From Acutalibacteraceae bacterium (lineage in GTDB: Bacteria > Bacillota > Clostridia > Oscillospirales > Acutalibacteraceae): a DNA stretch of 64,000 bases. Position numbers and translations under genes: made by a program. The notes below the pieces were generated by a model. The model did not search any database. It was given only the letters and a program-made list of their open reading frames with translations, and was not told where the DNA came from. The stretch lies in NCBI GenBank assembly GCA_045133355.1, contig JBGUUB010000087.1, positions 11,970 to 75,969 on the forward strand. The letters are read 5' to 3'. Positions 1 through 10,901 of the stretch are shown piece after piece (position 1 is the first letter of the stretch; each line of letters opens with the position of its first letter).

Positions 1-606
1 TCCAAATTCTTCGGTTTCGGTCGCTGTGTAAAAATCGTCTCCGAATTTAAAGGGCTCGCCTTCCAAAAGAGCGCCGCTCTCTGAAATTTCGTTCAGATAC
101 TGATACGAGTCGTTGTCGGTAATATACAGTATTGCGTTTTCATCGCCTGCTATCATCGTCTGAAGCTTTGAAAGCATAGTATATCTATACTGTGAATCAC
201 CTGTTGTTTTTGAAAAGCTTACATTCACAACCTGAACATTTATCTCGCCGTCGCCGTTTGTATCCTCGGCATATTTTTTAAGATAATCGGCAACCTTCTC
301 TGTTTGAGCGTCAAGCGCGGTAGTATATGTGAAGTAGACCGCTTGAAGGTCATATTTTGTCCTTGTGGCGCATTGGGTTATCAAAACCGCCAAAACCGCG
401 GCAACCGCAACTATTGCCACCACATACCACTTATACTGAAACCAGAAGTTATCCCATTTTTCCTTGGGTGTTTTAGGAACAATCGCAACCTCGCTGGGTT
501 TAGGCGGAGCTTTCATTTCCCCGTTCTGCATTTTTTTTAGCTCTAAAAATTCCTGACGGGCTTTTCTTTGTTCCTCTAATATTTCATTGGTTTTCTTTTC
601 AGACAT
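1..606 (-). CDS. hypothetical membrane-anchored protein; only the N-terminal 202 aa are present, the C-terminus runs off the window edge
   Basis: My own minus-strand translation from the ATG at 604-606 (MSEKKTNEILEEQRKARQEF...) stays open to position 1. SD-like GGAGGGTGA lies just upstream. One hydrophobic helix (WYVVAIVAVAAVLAVLI). Absent from the ORF track because there is no stop inside the window. Confidence 0.5.
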   Translation of the reverse strand, partial: MSEKKTNEILEEQRKARQEFLELKKMQNGEMKAPPKPSEVAIVPKTPKEKWDNFWFQYKWYVVAIVAVAAVLAVLITQCATRTKYDLQAVYFTYTTALDAQTEKVADYLKKYAEDTNGDGEINVQVVNVSFSKTTGDSQYRYTMLSKLQTMIAGDENAILYITDNDSYQYLNEISESGALLEGEPFKFGDDFYTATETEEFG

Positions 607-744
607 CTGCTCACCCTCCGTACTGTATATTAATATATCATTTTACGGGGCGGTTTTCAAGCATACTATCCGTTATTTCTGTAAATATTTTTTTAACATA
701 TCTTGTCCGTTTCTCATATACTGTACTGCGAAATAAGGTTTTCA

Positions 745-777
745 GAAAAAAACAGTCCCCGCCGAAAGCGAGGACTG
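745..777 (-). terminator. rho-independent terminator downstream of gap
   Basis: Stem CAGTCC...GGACTG (753-758 / 772-777) followed on the minus strand by a U-run (plus-strand A-run 745-752), about 20 nt after the gap stop. Confidence 0.6.
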
Positions 778-794
778 CCGAATTTAGATAACGA

Positions 795-1826
795 TTAGAT
801 TTCAGCGAAATACTTAATGGTGCGAACCATCTGGCTTGTATAGCTGTTCTCGTTGTCATACCAGGAAACAACCTGTACTTCATAAAGGTCGTCAGAAATC
901 TTAGAAACCATTGTCTGAGTTGCATCGAAGAGTGAACCGTAACGCATACCGATAACATCGGAGGAAACGATCTGATCCTCGTTGTAACCGAAGGATTCAG
1001 AAGCAGCAGCCTTCATAGCAGCGTTGATGCCTTCCTTAGTTACATCTGCACCCTTAACAACAGCGGTAAGAATGGTGGTAGAACCTGTCGGAACAGGAAC
1101 ACCGTGAGCAGAACCGATAAGCTTGCCGTTGAGCTCAGGAATTACAAGGCCGATAGCCTTAGCGGCGCCTGTAGAGTTCGGAACGATGTTTGCAGCGCCG
1201 GCGCGTGCACGGCGAAGGTCACCCTTTCTGTGAGGACCGTCAAGAATCATCTGGTCGCCGGTGTAAGCGTGGATGGTGCTCATGATACCGCTCTGGATAG
1301 GAGCATAATCGTTAAGAGCCTTAGCCATAGGAGCTAAGCAGTTGGTTGTGCAGGAAGCAGCGGAAATGATGTTGTCTTCCTTAGTAAGGGTCTTCTCGTT
1401 AACGCTGTAAACGATTGTGGGAAGATCGTTGCCTGCAGGAGCAGAAATAACAACCTTCTTAGCACCGGCATCAATGTGAGCCTGTGACTTTTCTTTAGAG
1501 CAGTAGAAGCCTGTGCACTCAAGAACAACATCTACGCCGATTTCGCCCCAAGGAAGATCCTTAGCGTCCTTCTCAGCATAAATCTTAAGAGTCTTTCCGT
1601 CAACAGTAATGGTGCCTGCCTCATCATCAGCAGAAACAGTGTGAAGATTCTCACCGATAGCACCGCAGTAACCGCCCTGTGCTGTATCATACTTTAAAAG
1701 ATTAGCAAGCATAGAGGGCTTTGTAAGGTCGTTGATAGCTACTACATCATAGCCCTCAGCACCAAACATCTGACGAAATGCGAGACGACCGATACGGCCG
1801 AATCCGTTAATTGCAACTTTAACCAT
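795..1826 (-). CDS. gap: type I glyceraldehyde-3-phosphate dehydrogenase
   Basis: 343 aa. N-terminal [14 protein letters not shown] Rossmann motif, catalytic SCTTNCLAP motif, WYDNE near the C-terminus. Confidence 0.97.
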   Translation of the reverse strand: MVKVAINGFGRIGRLAFRQMFGAEGYDVVAINDLTKPSMLANLLKYDTAQGGYCGAIGENLHTVSADDEAGTITVDGKTLKIYAEKDAKDLPWGEIGVDVVLECTGFYCSKEKSQAHIDAGAKKVVISAPAGNDLPTIVYSVNEKTLTKEDNIISAASCTTNCLAPMAKALNDYAPIQSGIMSTIHAYTGDQMILDGPHRKGDLRRARAGAANIVPNSTGAAKAIGLVIPELNGKLIGSAHGVPVPTGSTTILTAVVKGADVTKEGINAAMKAAASESFGYNEDQIVSSDVIGMRYGSLFDATQTMVSKISDDLYEVQVVSWYDNENSYTSQMVRTIKYFAEI

Positions 1827-1964
1827 TGGAATTACCTCCTTTATTTTTACATTTTCTATTTTAACCTATTTTGCCGTTATTTTCAAGTGCTTTGTTTAAA
1901 GTTTAACAATTTTTTTAATTTTTATATATTTTGGCATAATAACCTCGTATGCGGAGGTCACATT

Positions 1965-2555
1965 ATGATATATTTGCCAAAAACATTTGAACGGTATTTG
2001 TCCGCACTCAGGCTTTATGTTCAAATGTCGGTTCTGAAGGATAGCGGAGTAAAGCAGCTCTCACAGCTTAAGCTGATAAATCTCGCCGAAGCTTTTTACT
2101 ATAAGAAAGAAAAAACACCTACAGATATAATAAAGCTTTCAAACTCACTGCTCGGAGCGGCGGTTATTATGCTTATGCAAAGGGGAATACGGCTGTTCAC
2201 CTCGTTTTCTGGCGACGGGGTACAGCTTATAAGCAAGCGGCTTTATACCGCGTTTTTGTCAGAGCTTATTTATCTCAGCCATGACGGTTCTGAAATTAAA
2301 GTAAGCACAGAATATGGAAATGTTATAATTAAAGCCACAGGAGTCGGTACTTCCGACATTCTCCTGCGGCTTATTAATGCTTTAGAAGGCTTTTTTCTTT
2401 TTGAAAGGGTAAGCGGCAAATGGCTTATAGCTATTCCGAGCGAACCTACCGAACTTAAAGCAGATGCGGTAGAAAATGAATGGTGCTACATTTTAGACCG
2501 TTTTTCACCTATTAATATCTGGCTTTTAAATACAAAAAAGGACAATAATTCTTAA
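1965..2555 (+). CDS. hypothetical protein
   Basis: ORF 1887..2555. The internal ATG at 1965 is preceded by GGAGG (1953-1957), so a start at MIYLPK is preferred. No family recognised. Confidence 0.5.
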   Translation: MIYLPKTFERYLSALRLYVQMSVLKDSGVKQLSQLKLINLAEAFYYKKEKTPTDIIKLSNSLLGAAVIMLMQRGIRLFTSFSGDGVQLISKRLYTAFLSELIYLSHDGSEIKVSTEYGNVIIKATGVGTSDILLRLINALEGFFLFERVSGKWLIAIPSEPTELKADAVENEWCYILDRFSPINIWLLNTKKDNNS

Positions 2556-4126
2556 CCCTGTAATCCCGCGAGGAGCGCCTCTGCGGTTTTTAAGCCGTCT
2601 GTTGCGGCGGACATTATTCCGCCGGCATAGCCTGCACCCTCGCCGCAGGGATAAATTCCGCTGTGACTCAGGCTCTGCCCGTCCTCTCCCCTTACTATTC
2701 TCACAGGAGACGAACTTCTTGTTTCGGGTGCGGTAAGCACAGCCGACTCGTCTGCAAAACCTTTTATCTTTTTATCAAACAGCAAAATTCCCTCTTTCAG
2801 ACTTTCACAAATAAATTGAGGGAAAATCTTTTCAAAATCAGCATATGCAAAGCACGGTTTTACGGTGGGCTTAACCTTTGTGATTTCAAAGGGCTTGCTG
2901 AAAACAAAGCTTCCAACCGTGTTTACGGGTACCGCACCGCCGAAAAGTGTATATGCCGCCTGTTCGGTTTTTCTTTGCAAGGCACAGCCTGCCAGCACAT
3001 CATCACCCGCCAAGTCGTTCGGTTCAACGCTTACAAGCAGAGCGCTATTGGCATTTATACCGTCTCTCTTGCTCCTGCTCATACCGTTAACCGCAATACC
3101 GCCCGCCTCGCTCGAAGCGTTAATCACCTCGCCGCCGGGGCACATACAAAAGGTATATACTCCTCTGCCGTTTTTAAGATGTACCGCCAGTTTATAGTCG
3201 GCAGCCGAAAGGGCGGGGTGAAAAGCAAAATCACCGTACAGAGCCTTATTAATATCGCTTTGCAGGTGTTCTATTCTAACACCCATAGAAAACGGCTTTC
3301 TTATCATATTAATGCCATTATTTTTCAGCATTAAAAATGTATCTCTTGCGGAATGACCCGTAGCTAAAATAAGGTTTTTGCACGGTATCTCTTCATTATC
3401 GGTAACGGCTGAAACAAGCTTTCCGTCACTAAAACGCAAATCGCAAAGCTTTGTTCCGAATCGAACCTCACCGCCCAAGGAAATAATTTCTTTTCTTATG
3501 TTCTTTACAACATTTACAAGTATATCAGTTCCGATATGCGGTTTTGCATCGGTCAAAATACTTTGCGGAGCACCGTGGTTGCAAAACTCCTCTAATACCG
3601 CGCGGCAACGGAAATCTTTAATGCCGGTGTTCAGCTTGCCGTCTGAAAAAGTACCGGCGCCGCCCTCGCCAAACTGAACATTTGATTCGGCATTAAGCTT
3701 GCCTCCCGCAAAAAAACGGTTTACATCGGCAGTTCTTGTATCTGCATCCTGCCCTCGCTCAAAAACAATAGGGTTTAGTCCCGCTCTGGCAAGAAATAAT
3801 GCCGCAAACATTCCGGCAGGGCCGAAGCCTACTATAACAGGTCGGGTTTCGGGACATTTTGAGGCTTTTTGCCAAGCATATTCCCGCGGCAAATATACCG
3901 AAGCGTTTTTGGCTTTTTTTAATACGGAATTTTCATTTATATTTAACTCAGCAAGGAGAGAACAGCAAAAATGCAGCTCATTTTTCCTTCTTGCATCAAC
4001 CGATTTTCTGAAAAGCCGCGCCGATTTTACAGCAGAAGTATCTATTTTAAGCGCCTTTGCGGCATAGGGCTTTAAGTCGCTGAAATCGGTATCAAGCGGT
4101 ACATTTACATTATTTACAAGCAGCAT
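2552..4126 (-). CDS. FAD-dependent oxidoreductase (COG2509-like uncharacterised dehydrogenase)
   Basis: Dinucleotide-binding motif VIVGFGPAGMFAALFLARAG, C-terminal GEGAGYAGGI motif. Start moved to the ATG at 4126 (MLLVNNV), which follows AAGGAAGTG. Confidence 0.8.
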   Translation of the reverse strand: MLLVNNVNVPLDTDFSDLKPYAAKALKIDTSAVKSARLFRKSVDARRKNELHFCCSLLAELNINENSVLKKAKNASVYLPREYAWQKASKCPETRPVIVGFGPAGMFAALFLARAGLNPIVFERGQDADTRTADVNRFFAGGKLNAESNVQFGEGGAGTFSDGKLNTGIKDFRCRAVLEEFCNHGAPQSILTDAKPHIGTDILVNVVKNIRKEIISLGGEVRFGTKLCDLRFSDGKLVSAVTDNEEIPCKNLILATGHSARDTFLMLKNNGINMIRKPFSMGVRIEHLQSDINKALYGDFAFHPALSAADYKLAVHLKNGRGVYTFCMCPGGEVINASSEAGGIAVNGMSRSKRDGINANSALLVSVEPNDLAGDDVLAGCALQRKTEQAAYTLFGGAVPVNTVGSFVFSKPFEITKVKPTVKPCFAYADFEKIFPQFICESLKEGILLFDKKIKGFADESAVLTAPETRSSSPVRIVRGEDGQSLSHSGIYPCGEGAGYAGGIMSAATDGLKTAEALLAGLQG

Positions 4127-4156
4127 TTTTTCACTTCCTTTTTTCTTAACAAACAA

Positions 4157-4178
4157 GCAGTCGCCTATAAGCGACTGC
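4157..4178 (-). terminator. hairpin terminator downstream of ftsZ
   Basis: GCAGTCGC/GCGACTGC stem followed on the minus strand by TTGTTTGTT. Confidence 0.45.
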
Positions 4179-4210
4179 CCGTCCTACATTTAATATTGAA
4201 AAACCCGTTA

Positions 4211-5275
4211 TTAATTTTCCTTGTTGTTGAAGAAGCTGATAACATCGGTGTAGCTCTCGTCATCATCGGAAGCATTGCCGATAAGGGAAGCCAAATCGTC
4301 CTTCTTGTCGTCCTTCTTATCATCGCCGAGGCCTGTAGCAACAACGGTTACGCGGATAGTATCCTCAAGGGTATCATCAAGCTGAGCACCCCAGATGATG
4401 GTTGCATCGGGATGAGCCATATCCGTAATGATAGAGGAAGCAAGCTCAACCTCTTCAAGACCGATATCGTCAGAGCCTGTGATGCTGATGATAATGCCGC
4501 GTGCATTCTCCATAGAGGTCTCGATAAGCGGACTGCTGATAGCCGCGCGAGCCGCCTGTTCTGCCTTGTCACGACCTGTAGCAACACCAACACCCATATG
4601 AGCATAGCCTGCATCTGCCATAATCGACTTAACATCGGCAAAGTCAAGGTTTACAAGAGCTGTTACATTGATAAGCTCAGAAATGCTCTGAACACCCTGA
4701 CGGAGAACATCGTCCGCAATGTAAAAAGCATTTTTAAAGGTAATCTTCTGTTCCGAAACGAACTTAAGGCGCTCATTGGGGATAACAACAAGGCTGTCCA
4801 CCTGCTCACGAAGAGCGGCAATGCCCGACTCAGCCTGAGTCATACGCCTCTTACCCTCGAAGCCGAAGGGCTTTGTAACGATACCTACAGTAAGTATGCC
4901 GAGCTCCTTTGCAATAGAAGCAACAACAGGAGCGGCACCTGTACCTGTTCCGCCGCCCATACCTGCGGTAATGAAAATCATATCAGCAGTACGTATAGCT
5001 GCGGTAATCTCATCACGGGATTCCTCAGCCGCCGCACGGCCGTTATCAGGGTTGCCGCCGGCACCCATACCTGCGGTAGTCTTGTCACCAATCTGAATTT
5101 TCTGATTAGCTTTAGACTGAAGTAAAGCTGCTTTATCGGTATTGATTGCTATAAACTCAACGCCGCGTACGCCGGCCTCAACCATACGGTTAACAGCGTT
5201 TCCGCCGCCGCCGCCGACACCGACAACCTTAATCTGTACAACATTCTCTTGTTCTTCTGCTACTTCAAATGGCAT
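4211..5275 (-). CDS. ftsZ: cell division GTPase FtsZ
   Basis: 354 aa. Tubulin signature [11 protein letters not shown]-terminal [15 protein letters not shown], acidic linker and a short conserved C-terminal peptide. Confidence 0.97.
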   Translation of the reverse strand: MPFEVAEEQENVVQIKVVGVGGGGGNAVNRMVEAGVRGVEFIAINTDKAALLQSKANQKIQIGDKTTAGMGAGGNPDNGRAAAEESRDEITAAIRTADMIFITAGMGGGTGTGAAPVVASIAKELGILTVGIVTKPFGFEGKRRMTQAESGIAALREQVDSLVVIPNERLKFVSEQKITFKNAFYIADDVLRQGVQSISELINVTALVNLDFADVKSIMADAGYAHMGVGVATGRDKAEQAARAAISSPLIETSMENARGIIISITGSDDIGLEEVELASSIITDMAHPDATIIWGAQLDDTLEDTIRVTVVATGLGDDKKDDKKDDLASLIGNASDDDESYTDVISFFNNKEN

Positions 5276-5442
5276 TTTAATTTCCTCCGTCTTTATGTAA
5301 AATAGATATTATTTGCATAATTATATAATGATATTAACATATCCTTTTTTAAATTTCAACACTTTTCATTACATTTTTGTAATTTTTTTTATTTTGCCGA
5401 AAACACGACTGTTTTTTTATGCTTTTAATATGTAATTTTTTG

Positions 5443-6228
5443 CTATTCGATACTGCTCTCAACAAAAGTTCCCTCCGTATTTTCCTTTGTCCACATACTC
5501 AAATTGATTTTGCCGGTTTTGGTTTCCTCTATATTCTTAATCATTCCCGAAAGATGGGCAAATTTATTACTTAGGAAGTTAGATGTGCCGAAATCAACAA
5601 TAAATCTGTTCTCCGCCTTCACGCTGACGGCAAGCTCATTGCTGACATCTACGCTGTTAAGCTTTATAGCGTATTCCTCTGCCAAAGTTGTGATTTCGGA
5701 TATGAGCTCCTCCGTTTTTTCGGAAGAAAATACGATTTCCTTACCGATAGTGCATTTTACGCCGCCTGCCCGTATTTCAAAAAGCGAATCGGGCTTTTCT
5801 TCGCTGCTTTCAAGCACATAGCCTGCGCGGCTTACCGTGTAATACATTCCGTCCGAATAATAACAGGCATATGGTTCTGCGTCCTTTACGGTAATCGTAA
5901 TACTGTCAGGCAATGTCCGTTTGAGTTTAACGCTTTCTATAAAAGGAAGCTTTTCCCTTAATTTTTCGGTATTTACGGAAGAAACAAACAAATTATCTCC
6001 CGTCTTTATACCGCTTGAAGAAATTATCTGTTCAGCTGTGTATTTTTCACTACCCTTAGCAGTAATATTATTTATCGGAAAAAGCACAGTCAGCGACAGA
6101 ATTACACCAACCGCGGCAAGCACAACAATTAACAGCGAAAATCCAATAATCATTCGCCGTTTTCTTATCCTGCGCTGACGCGCTTTTCTCTTTTTCAAAA
6201 ACTCGTCGTTTTCCGCTGTCCTTTTCAA
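5443..6228 (-). CDS. ftsQ: cell division protein FtsQ/DivIB (POTRA-domain)
   Basis: 261 aa. Basic N-terminus, single TM helix, POTRA-like segment (ITAKGSEKYTAEQII...). Sits between murA and ftsZ. TTG start. Confidence 0.75.
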   Translation of the reverse strand: MKRTAENDEFLKKRKARQRRIRKRRMIIGFSLLIVVLAAVGVILSLTVLFPINNITAKGSEKYTAEQIISSSGIKTGDNLFVSSVNTEKLREKLPFIESVKLKRTLPDSITITVKDAEPYACYYSDGMYYTVSRAGYVLESSEEKPDSLFEIRAGGVKCTIGKEIVFSSEKTEELISEITTLAEEYAIKLNSVDVSNELAVSVKAENRFIVDFGTSNFLSNKFAHLSGMIKNIEETKTGKINLSMWTKENTEGTFVESSIE

Positions 6229-6232
6229 GCTA

Positions 6233-7492
6233 TCAATCCTTACTGTATTTTATATCAGCTCCAAGCGCCCCTAAAACCGATACAATATCGTCATAGCCGC
6301 GCTCGATATGATGTATCTCACCTATTTTAGATTCACCGACTGCCGCAAGCGCCGCAATAACAAGCGCTGCACCGCCGCGCAAATCGGTGGCCTTGCAGTC
6401 CGCGGCGGAAAGCTCCTTTACACCCTCGGTTACTGCGATTTTACCCTCTGTTTTAATTTTAGCGCCGAAACGCTTAAGCTCATCAACATAACGGAAACGG
6501 TTTTCAAATATATTCTCAACAAAAACCGATGTACCGTCCGCAACAGTCAGCATTGCCACAGCAATGGGTCCTGCATCTGTAGGAAAGCCCGGGTAAACAA
6601 GACTTCTTACAGTCGGTACTCTTTTAAGATGTTCGGGAGCTGATAAGGTAATGCTTTTACCCGAAAGCTCCACCTCACAGCCTGCCTCCCTGAAAACCCA
6701 AAGAGTAGACACCATATGCGATGGCATAAGGTTGCAAAGGGTGATCTTTCCGCCCGTAACTGCGGCGCATGCCATATATGTTGCCGCCGCTATTCGGTCG
6801 GGAATTATTGTATGCTCAGTACCGCCGAGCTTTTCGACTCCGTAAATCCTGATACTGTCCGACCCACAACCGTATATACGAGCCCCTGCGCTGTTAAGGA
6901 AATCGGCAAGGTCGCTGATTTCGGGCTCCTTTGCCGCACCGTGAATTACTGTCATACCCTTTGCTGTTGCCGCCGCAAGTATAATATTTTCGGTAGCGCC
7001 AACGCTCGGAAAGCCAAGACTGATTTCGGCACCGTGAAGCCCGTTTTCGGCGGTACAGATTAAATATCCGTGTTCCTTTGTTACGGTAACGCCCATACGT
7101 TCAAGAGCCGAAAGGTGCAAATCAATGGGACGGGGGCCTAATTCACAGCCGCCCGGAGTGCTTATCACAGCCTTTTTGCATCTACCTATAACCGCACCTA
7201 AAAAAACTACAGATGAACGCATTTCCCGCATAAGATTATCGGGGATTTCGCAAGCGTTTATTCCCTTACTGTCAACCGTTACGGTATCCCCGTCCGTTCC
7301 ACATTCACAGCCGAGTGCCCTTAGAATCTTAAGGGAAGTATCCACATCTGAAAGTGCGGGGCAGTTATGTATTACACATTCCTTTTCACACAAAACGGTC
7401 GCCGCAAGCACAGGAAGAACGCTGTTTTTCGCCCCTTGAACGGATATGCCTCCGTAAAGCTTTTTACCGCCGTTTATTATAATTTCGGACAT
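6233..7492 (-). CDS. murA: UDP-N-acetylglucosamine 1-carboxyvinyltransferase
   Basis: EPSP-synthase-fold protein. N-terminal IINGGKKLYGGISVQGAKNS, and GGCELGPRPIDLH containing the catalytic Cys. The ATG at 7492 is preferred over the GTG at 7501 on SD spacing. Confidence 0.92.
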   Translation of the reverse strand: MSEIIINGGKKLYGGISVQGAKNSVLPVLAATVLCEKECVIHNCPALSDVDTSLKILRALGCECGTDGDTVTVDSKGINACEIPDNLMREMRSSVVFLGAVIGRCKKAVISTPGGCELGPRPIDLHLSALERMGVTVTKEHGYLICTAENGLHGAEISLGFPSVGATENIILAAATAKGMTVIHGAAKEPEISDLADFLNSAGARIYGCGSDSIRIYGVEKLGGTEHTIIPDRIAAATYMACAAVTGGKITLCNLMPSHMVSTLWVFREAGCEVELSGKSITLSAPEHLKRVPTVRSLVYPGFPTDAGPIAVAMLTVADGTSVFVENIFENRFRYVDELKRFGAKIKTEGKIAVTEGVKELSAADCKATDLRGGAALVIAALAAVGESKIGEIHHIERGYDDIVSVLGALGADIKYSKD

Positions 7493-7556
7493 TGACCGCA
7501 CCCTCTCACAGTAAAACTTTTCTCACAGTTCATACTATGCGAAAGTACGGAAATTG

Positions 7557-8669
7557 TCACGCTCCCGTATATAATTGCATTAAAACATCGTAAATTCTTT
7601 TATTTGAGTCCAAAATCGCGTGTTTATGTGCGGCATCTCTCATCTTCGCCAAGAGAGGTTTATTTTCAATTATTTTTGAAACGGTATTAATAAGCGTTTC
7701 TCCGTTTAAATCCTTTTCCTCAAGGATTTCAGCCGCACCCGCCTTTTTAAGGGTCATAGCGTTATGGTACTGGTGATTTTCCGCAACATACGGCGAAGGA
7801 ATAAGTACCGACGGCTTTCCGCAGCAACAAAGCTCACTTAAGGTAATGGCGCCCGCGCGGCATATTACAAGGTCTGCCGCCGCCATACAAATGTCCATAT
7901 CATTAATGTATTCTCTGACATCGATAAGCGGTGACAGCTCTACACCCTCAAGTGAATTCATCATAGCCTCATATCCCGTCTTGCCCGTACCGTGGATATG
8001 ATAAAATTTCTCCGTGCCGTTATGCCATTTGATAAGCTCTGTCACGGCCTCGTTAATATGTCTGGCTCCCAGAGAGCCGCCGAAAGATAGTATTAAAGGA
8101 CGGTTATCAAGACCTAATTTAGACCTTGCTTCCTCGCGCGTAATGCTTAAAAGCTCGCTCCTTACCGGATTTCCGGTTATAATAGGCGGCTTTTTAAGAT
8201 TTAAACGGCTTTCAGCCTCAGGCATTGCAAGCATTACCCTGTCCGCCTTATCGGCAAGCATTTTTGTTGTAACACCGGGGTATGCGTTTTGTTCGTGTAT
8301 AGCGGTCTTAATACCCAACTTATGCGCCTCGCGCAGTACCGGACCGCTTACATAGCCGCCCGTACCGACTACTATATCGGGAGCTATTTCCTTTAAAAGC
8401 TTTTTTGATGTAATCGACGAGGATATTGCCTTTCCGACCGCCTCAACATTTTTAACTATACTTTTAAGGCTTAAGCTTCGTTTAAATCCCGCAACATCTA
8501 TTGTGTAAAAATCGTAGCCCTTCGCAGGAACAAGCTTTGCTTCAAGCTTATCCGCCGTACCGATATAAGAAATTTCCGCATCGGGGTGGCGCTCTTTAAT
8601 ATAACCCGCTATCGCAAGTGCGGGATTAATATGCCCTGCCGTGCCGCCGCCCGCAAAAAGAATTTTCAT
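7557..8669 (-). CDS. murG: undecaprenyldiphospho-muramoylpentapeptide beta-N-acetylglucosaminyltransferase
   Basis: 370 aa. MKILFAGGGTAGHINPALA N-terminus typical of MurG; dcw context. Confidence 0.95.
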   Translation of the reverse strand: MKILFAGGGTAGHINPALAIAGYIKERHPDAEISYIGTADKLEAKLVPAKGYDFYTIDVAGFKRSLSLKSIVKNVEAVGKAISSSITSKKLLKEIAPDIVVGTGGYVSGPVLREAHKLGIKTAIHEQNAYPGVTTKMLADKADRVMLAMPEAESRLNLKKPPIITGNPVRSELLSITREEARSKLGLDNRPLILSFGGSLGARHINEAVTELIKWHNGTEKFYHIHGTGKTGYEAMMNSLEGVELSPLIDVREYINDMDICMAAADLVICRAGAITLSELCCCGKPSVLIPSPYVAENHQYHNAMTLKKAGAAEILEEKDLNGETLINTVSKIIENKPLLAKMRDAAHKHAILDSNKRIYDVLMQLYTGA

Positions 8670-8686
8670 TACTTTATCACCCTGCC

Positions 8687-9823
8687 CTAAGATTTTTCAA
8701 TATTTGCTCCCCTTGATACCGAAAGCACAATGCCCATTTCTGCAAGAAGTATTAAGAGCGAAGTTCCGCCGTAGCTGAAAAACGGAAGACTGATTCCCGT
8801 ATTGGGAATGGTATTGGTTACAACCCAGATATTAAGCATTGCCTGAAGACCTACCTGAAAGGTAAGACCGAGGGCTAAAAGCGAGCCGAATTTATCCTGC
8901 GCACGCATAGCTATTGTAAAACCTCGCCAAACAAGCAGACAAAAAAGCAAAATAATAACAAGCGCGCCTACAAGTCCCAATTCCTCGCATACTATTGCAA
9001 AAATAAAATCGTTGTGAGGTTCGGGCAGCCACAAATATTTTTGTCTTGACTGGCCTATTCCCCTGCCTAATATTCCGCCTGAACCAATAGCCAACAGCGA
9101 CTGAATGGTTTGAAAGCCTTTACCCATAGCATCTGCCCACGGGTCAAGCCAATATTTTATACGGTCAGAGCCGTAGCCAATAATGCCGGTCACCACCGCC
9201 AAAACACCGAGTCCCACACCCGCGCCTACTCCCCCTAAAATATAGCGTTTAGGAAGTCCTCCTACAATGAGCAGTACTATACCGATTGCAAAAATCAGAA
9301 CCGTAGCCGAAAGGTGCGGCTCCATTACTACAAGGACACACTGCAGACCCAGCAAAGCAACTAAAAAGGCAATAAACTTGAAGCTTTTCATCTGCTTATG
9401 ATTAGCCGCAATAAGTGAGGAAAACAGAAGAATTATTGCAAATTTCGCAATCTCAGACGGCTGAAAATTTATCGGTCCTATTACAATCCAGCGTTTAACA
9501 TCCTTACCCTCTACCATTGGCGGCAGTATCAGAAGTACAATAAGCATCACGGTTGACAGAGCATATAATACCCAAGCAAATTTACGCCAAAAATGATAAT
9601 CTATCCTCGAAACGACAAGCATTACCACAACACCGACAGCCGCGAACAGTGCCTGTCTTGTGATGAATTTATAGCTGTTGCCGTACTGGTTATAGGAAAA
9701 GGCATAGCTTGACGAATAAAGCATAACAAGACCTACGGTAAGCAGAATAAGCACAAAGGACAAAAAGGTTATATCAAACTTTCCGGCGGTATTTACGCTT
9801 TTTCTCCTTTTAAGCTTTGTCAT
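8687..9823 (-). CDS. ftsW: SEDS-family peptidoglycan polymerase FtsW/SpoVE
   Basis: 378 aa polytopic membrane protein with SEDS motifs (PEPHNDFIFA, LPFFSYGGTS); dcw context. Confidence 0.9.
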   Translation of the reverse strand: MTKLKRRKSVNTAGKFDITFLSFVLILLTVGLVMLYSSSYAFSYNQYGNSYKFITRQALFAAVGVVVMLVVSRIDYHFWRKFAWVLYALSTVMLIVLLILPPMVEGKDVKRWIVIGPINFQPSEIAKFAIILLFSSLIAANHKQMKSFKFIAFLVALLGLQCVLVVMEPHLSATVLIFAIGIVLLIVGGLPKRYILGGVGAGVGLGVLAVVTGIIGYGSDRIKYWLDPWADAMGKGFQTIQSLLAIGSGGILGRGIGQSRQKYLWLPEPHNDFIFAIVCEELGLVGALVIILLFCLLVWRGFTIAMRAQDKFGSLLALGLTFQVGLQAMLNIWVVTNTIPNTGISLPFFSYGGTSLLILLAEMGIVLSVSRGANIEKS

Positions 9824-9847
9824 ATCCTCTTACCTCCGACATTTATA

Positions 9848-10870
9848 TTACCAATTAAACATTATAGGCAGCAGAGCTATCAGACAACCGACAGCTGTCA
9901 CTCCTGAGAAAACCAAAACAATTTTCTGTTCCGACCAACCGCTCATTTCAAAATGATGGTGTAACGGAGCCATTTTAAATAGGCGTTTTTTAGTGCGCTT
10001 ATAGTATGCCACCTGGATAATATCCGAAAGCGCCTCAAGCAGGTATGTTATTCCTGCAAATATAAGCAATATGGGTCTTCTTATTCCAAAGGAAATTGCA
10101 ACTACCATTCCCCCTAAAAACATAGAACCTGTATCGCCCATAAATACCTTTGCAGGCTTTGCGTTCCAGACAATAAAACCGACGCACGCTCCCGCAAGTG
10201 CGGCAGACATGGCATTAAAGCCCATATTATAAATAAATCCCGAAGCGAGCATAAATGCGCAGGCAACCACAAGTGTTACAGTCGATGCCAAACCGTCTAT
10301 TCCGTCAGTAAGGTTTACGGCATTCGTAAAACCGTAGATAAAAATAAGCGCAACAGGCCAGAAAAGAAGACCGAATCCGCTTGTTATATTGACATCGCCT
10401 ATAAAGGGAACATAGGTTGTCTTCATACCTGAAACGGAAAGCGTAGCGAGATATGCCGCAGCTACCAACAGCTGTAAAAAGGTTTTTTGCTTTGCAGTTA
10501 ACCCTAAATTGCGTTTTTTAACGACCTTTATATAGTCATCCATAAAGCCGATTGCCGCCATACAAAACGCCATTATTATACCCGCCAAAAAAACCGACAA
10601 ACGGTGCGGCACTTTCATTTCCGCGGCAAATCGACCGCCGGCAATAGCTGAATAGGCATAAGCAATCGCGAGGGACAAAATCACACCTGCAATCATCATA
10701 ACACCGCCCATTGTCGGTGTCCCCTCTTTACCCTTATGCCATTTAGGGCCTATATCCAATATAGTCTGCCCGAATTTAAGATGTTTTAAATAAGGAATTA
10801 CAATATATCCGAGTCCCGCAGTTGCCGCAAATGCCACCAAGGCGGCTATCAAAGGTGTTAAATCTTTCAT
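9848..10870 (-). CDS. mraY: phospho-N-acetylmuramoyl-pentapeptide transferase
   Basis: Polytopic membrane protein with MraY motifs (NAVNLTDGIDGLA, MGDTGS, APLHHHFE). The ATG at 10870 follows AAAGGAG. Confidence 0.95.
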   Translation of the reverse strand: MKDLTPLIAALVAFAATAGLGYIVIPYLKHLKFGQTILDIGPKWHKGKEGTPTMGGVMMIAGVILSLAIAYAYSAIAGGRFAAEMKVPHRLSVFLAGIIMAFCMAAIGFMDDYIKVVKKRNLGLTAKQKTFLQLLVAAAYLATLSVSGMKTTYVPFIGDVNITSGFGLLFWPVALIFIYGFTNAVNLTDGIDGLASTVTLVVACAFMLASGFIYNMGFNAMSAALAGACVGFIVWNAKPAKVFMGDTGSMFLGGMVVAISFGIRRPILLIFAGITYLLEALSDIIQVAYYKRTKKRLFKMAPLHHHFEMSGWSEQKIVLVFSGVTAVGCLIALLPIMFNW

Positions 10871-10901
10871 TTTTTTGTTCGCTCCTTTTAGGGTCAATAG
10901 A

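Noticed and set aside
304-958. 78-aa plus-strand ORF (304-540) and 106-aa minus-strand ORF (638-958)
   Set aside because: The first is antisense to a longer open minus-strand frame with a good SD. The second overlaps the gap 3' end and its terminator.
2663-4067. Several plus-strand ORFs (223, 110, 99 and 122 aa)
   Set aside because: All are antisense shadows inside the FAD-dependent oxidoreductase gene.
4196-5125. 309-aa plus-strand ORF
   Set aside because: It is entirely antisense to ftsZ, whose identity is unambiguous. The product is low-complexity and Cys/Ala/Arg-rich, typical of a shadow ORF.
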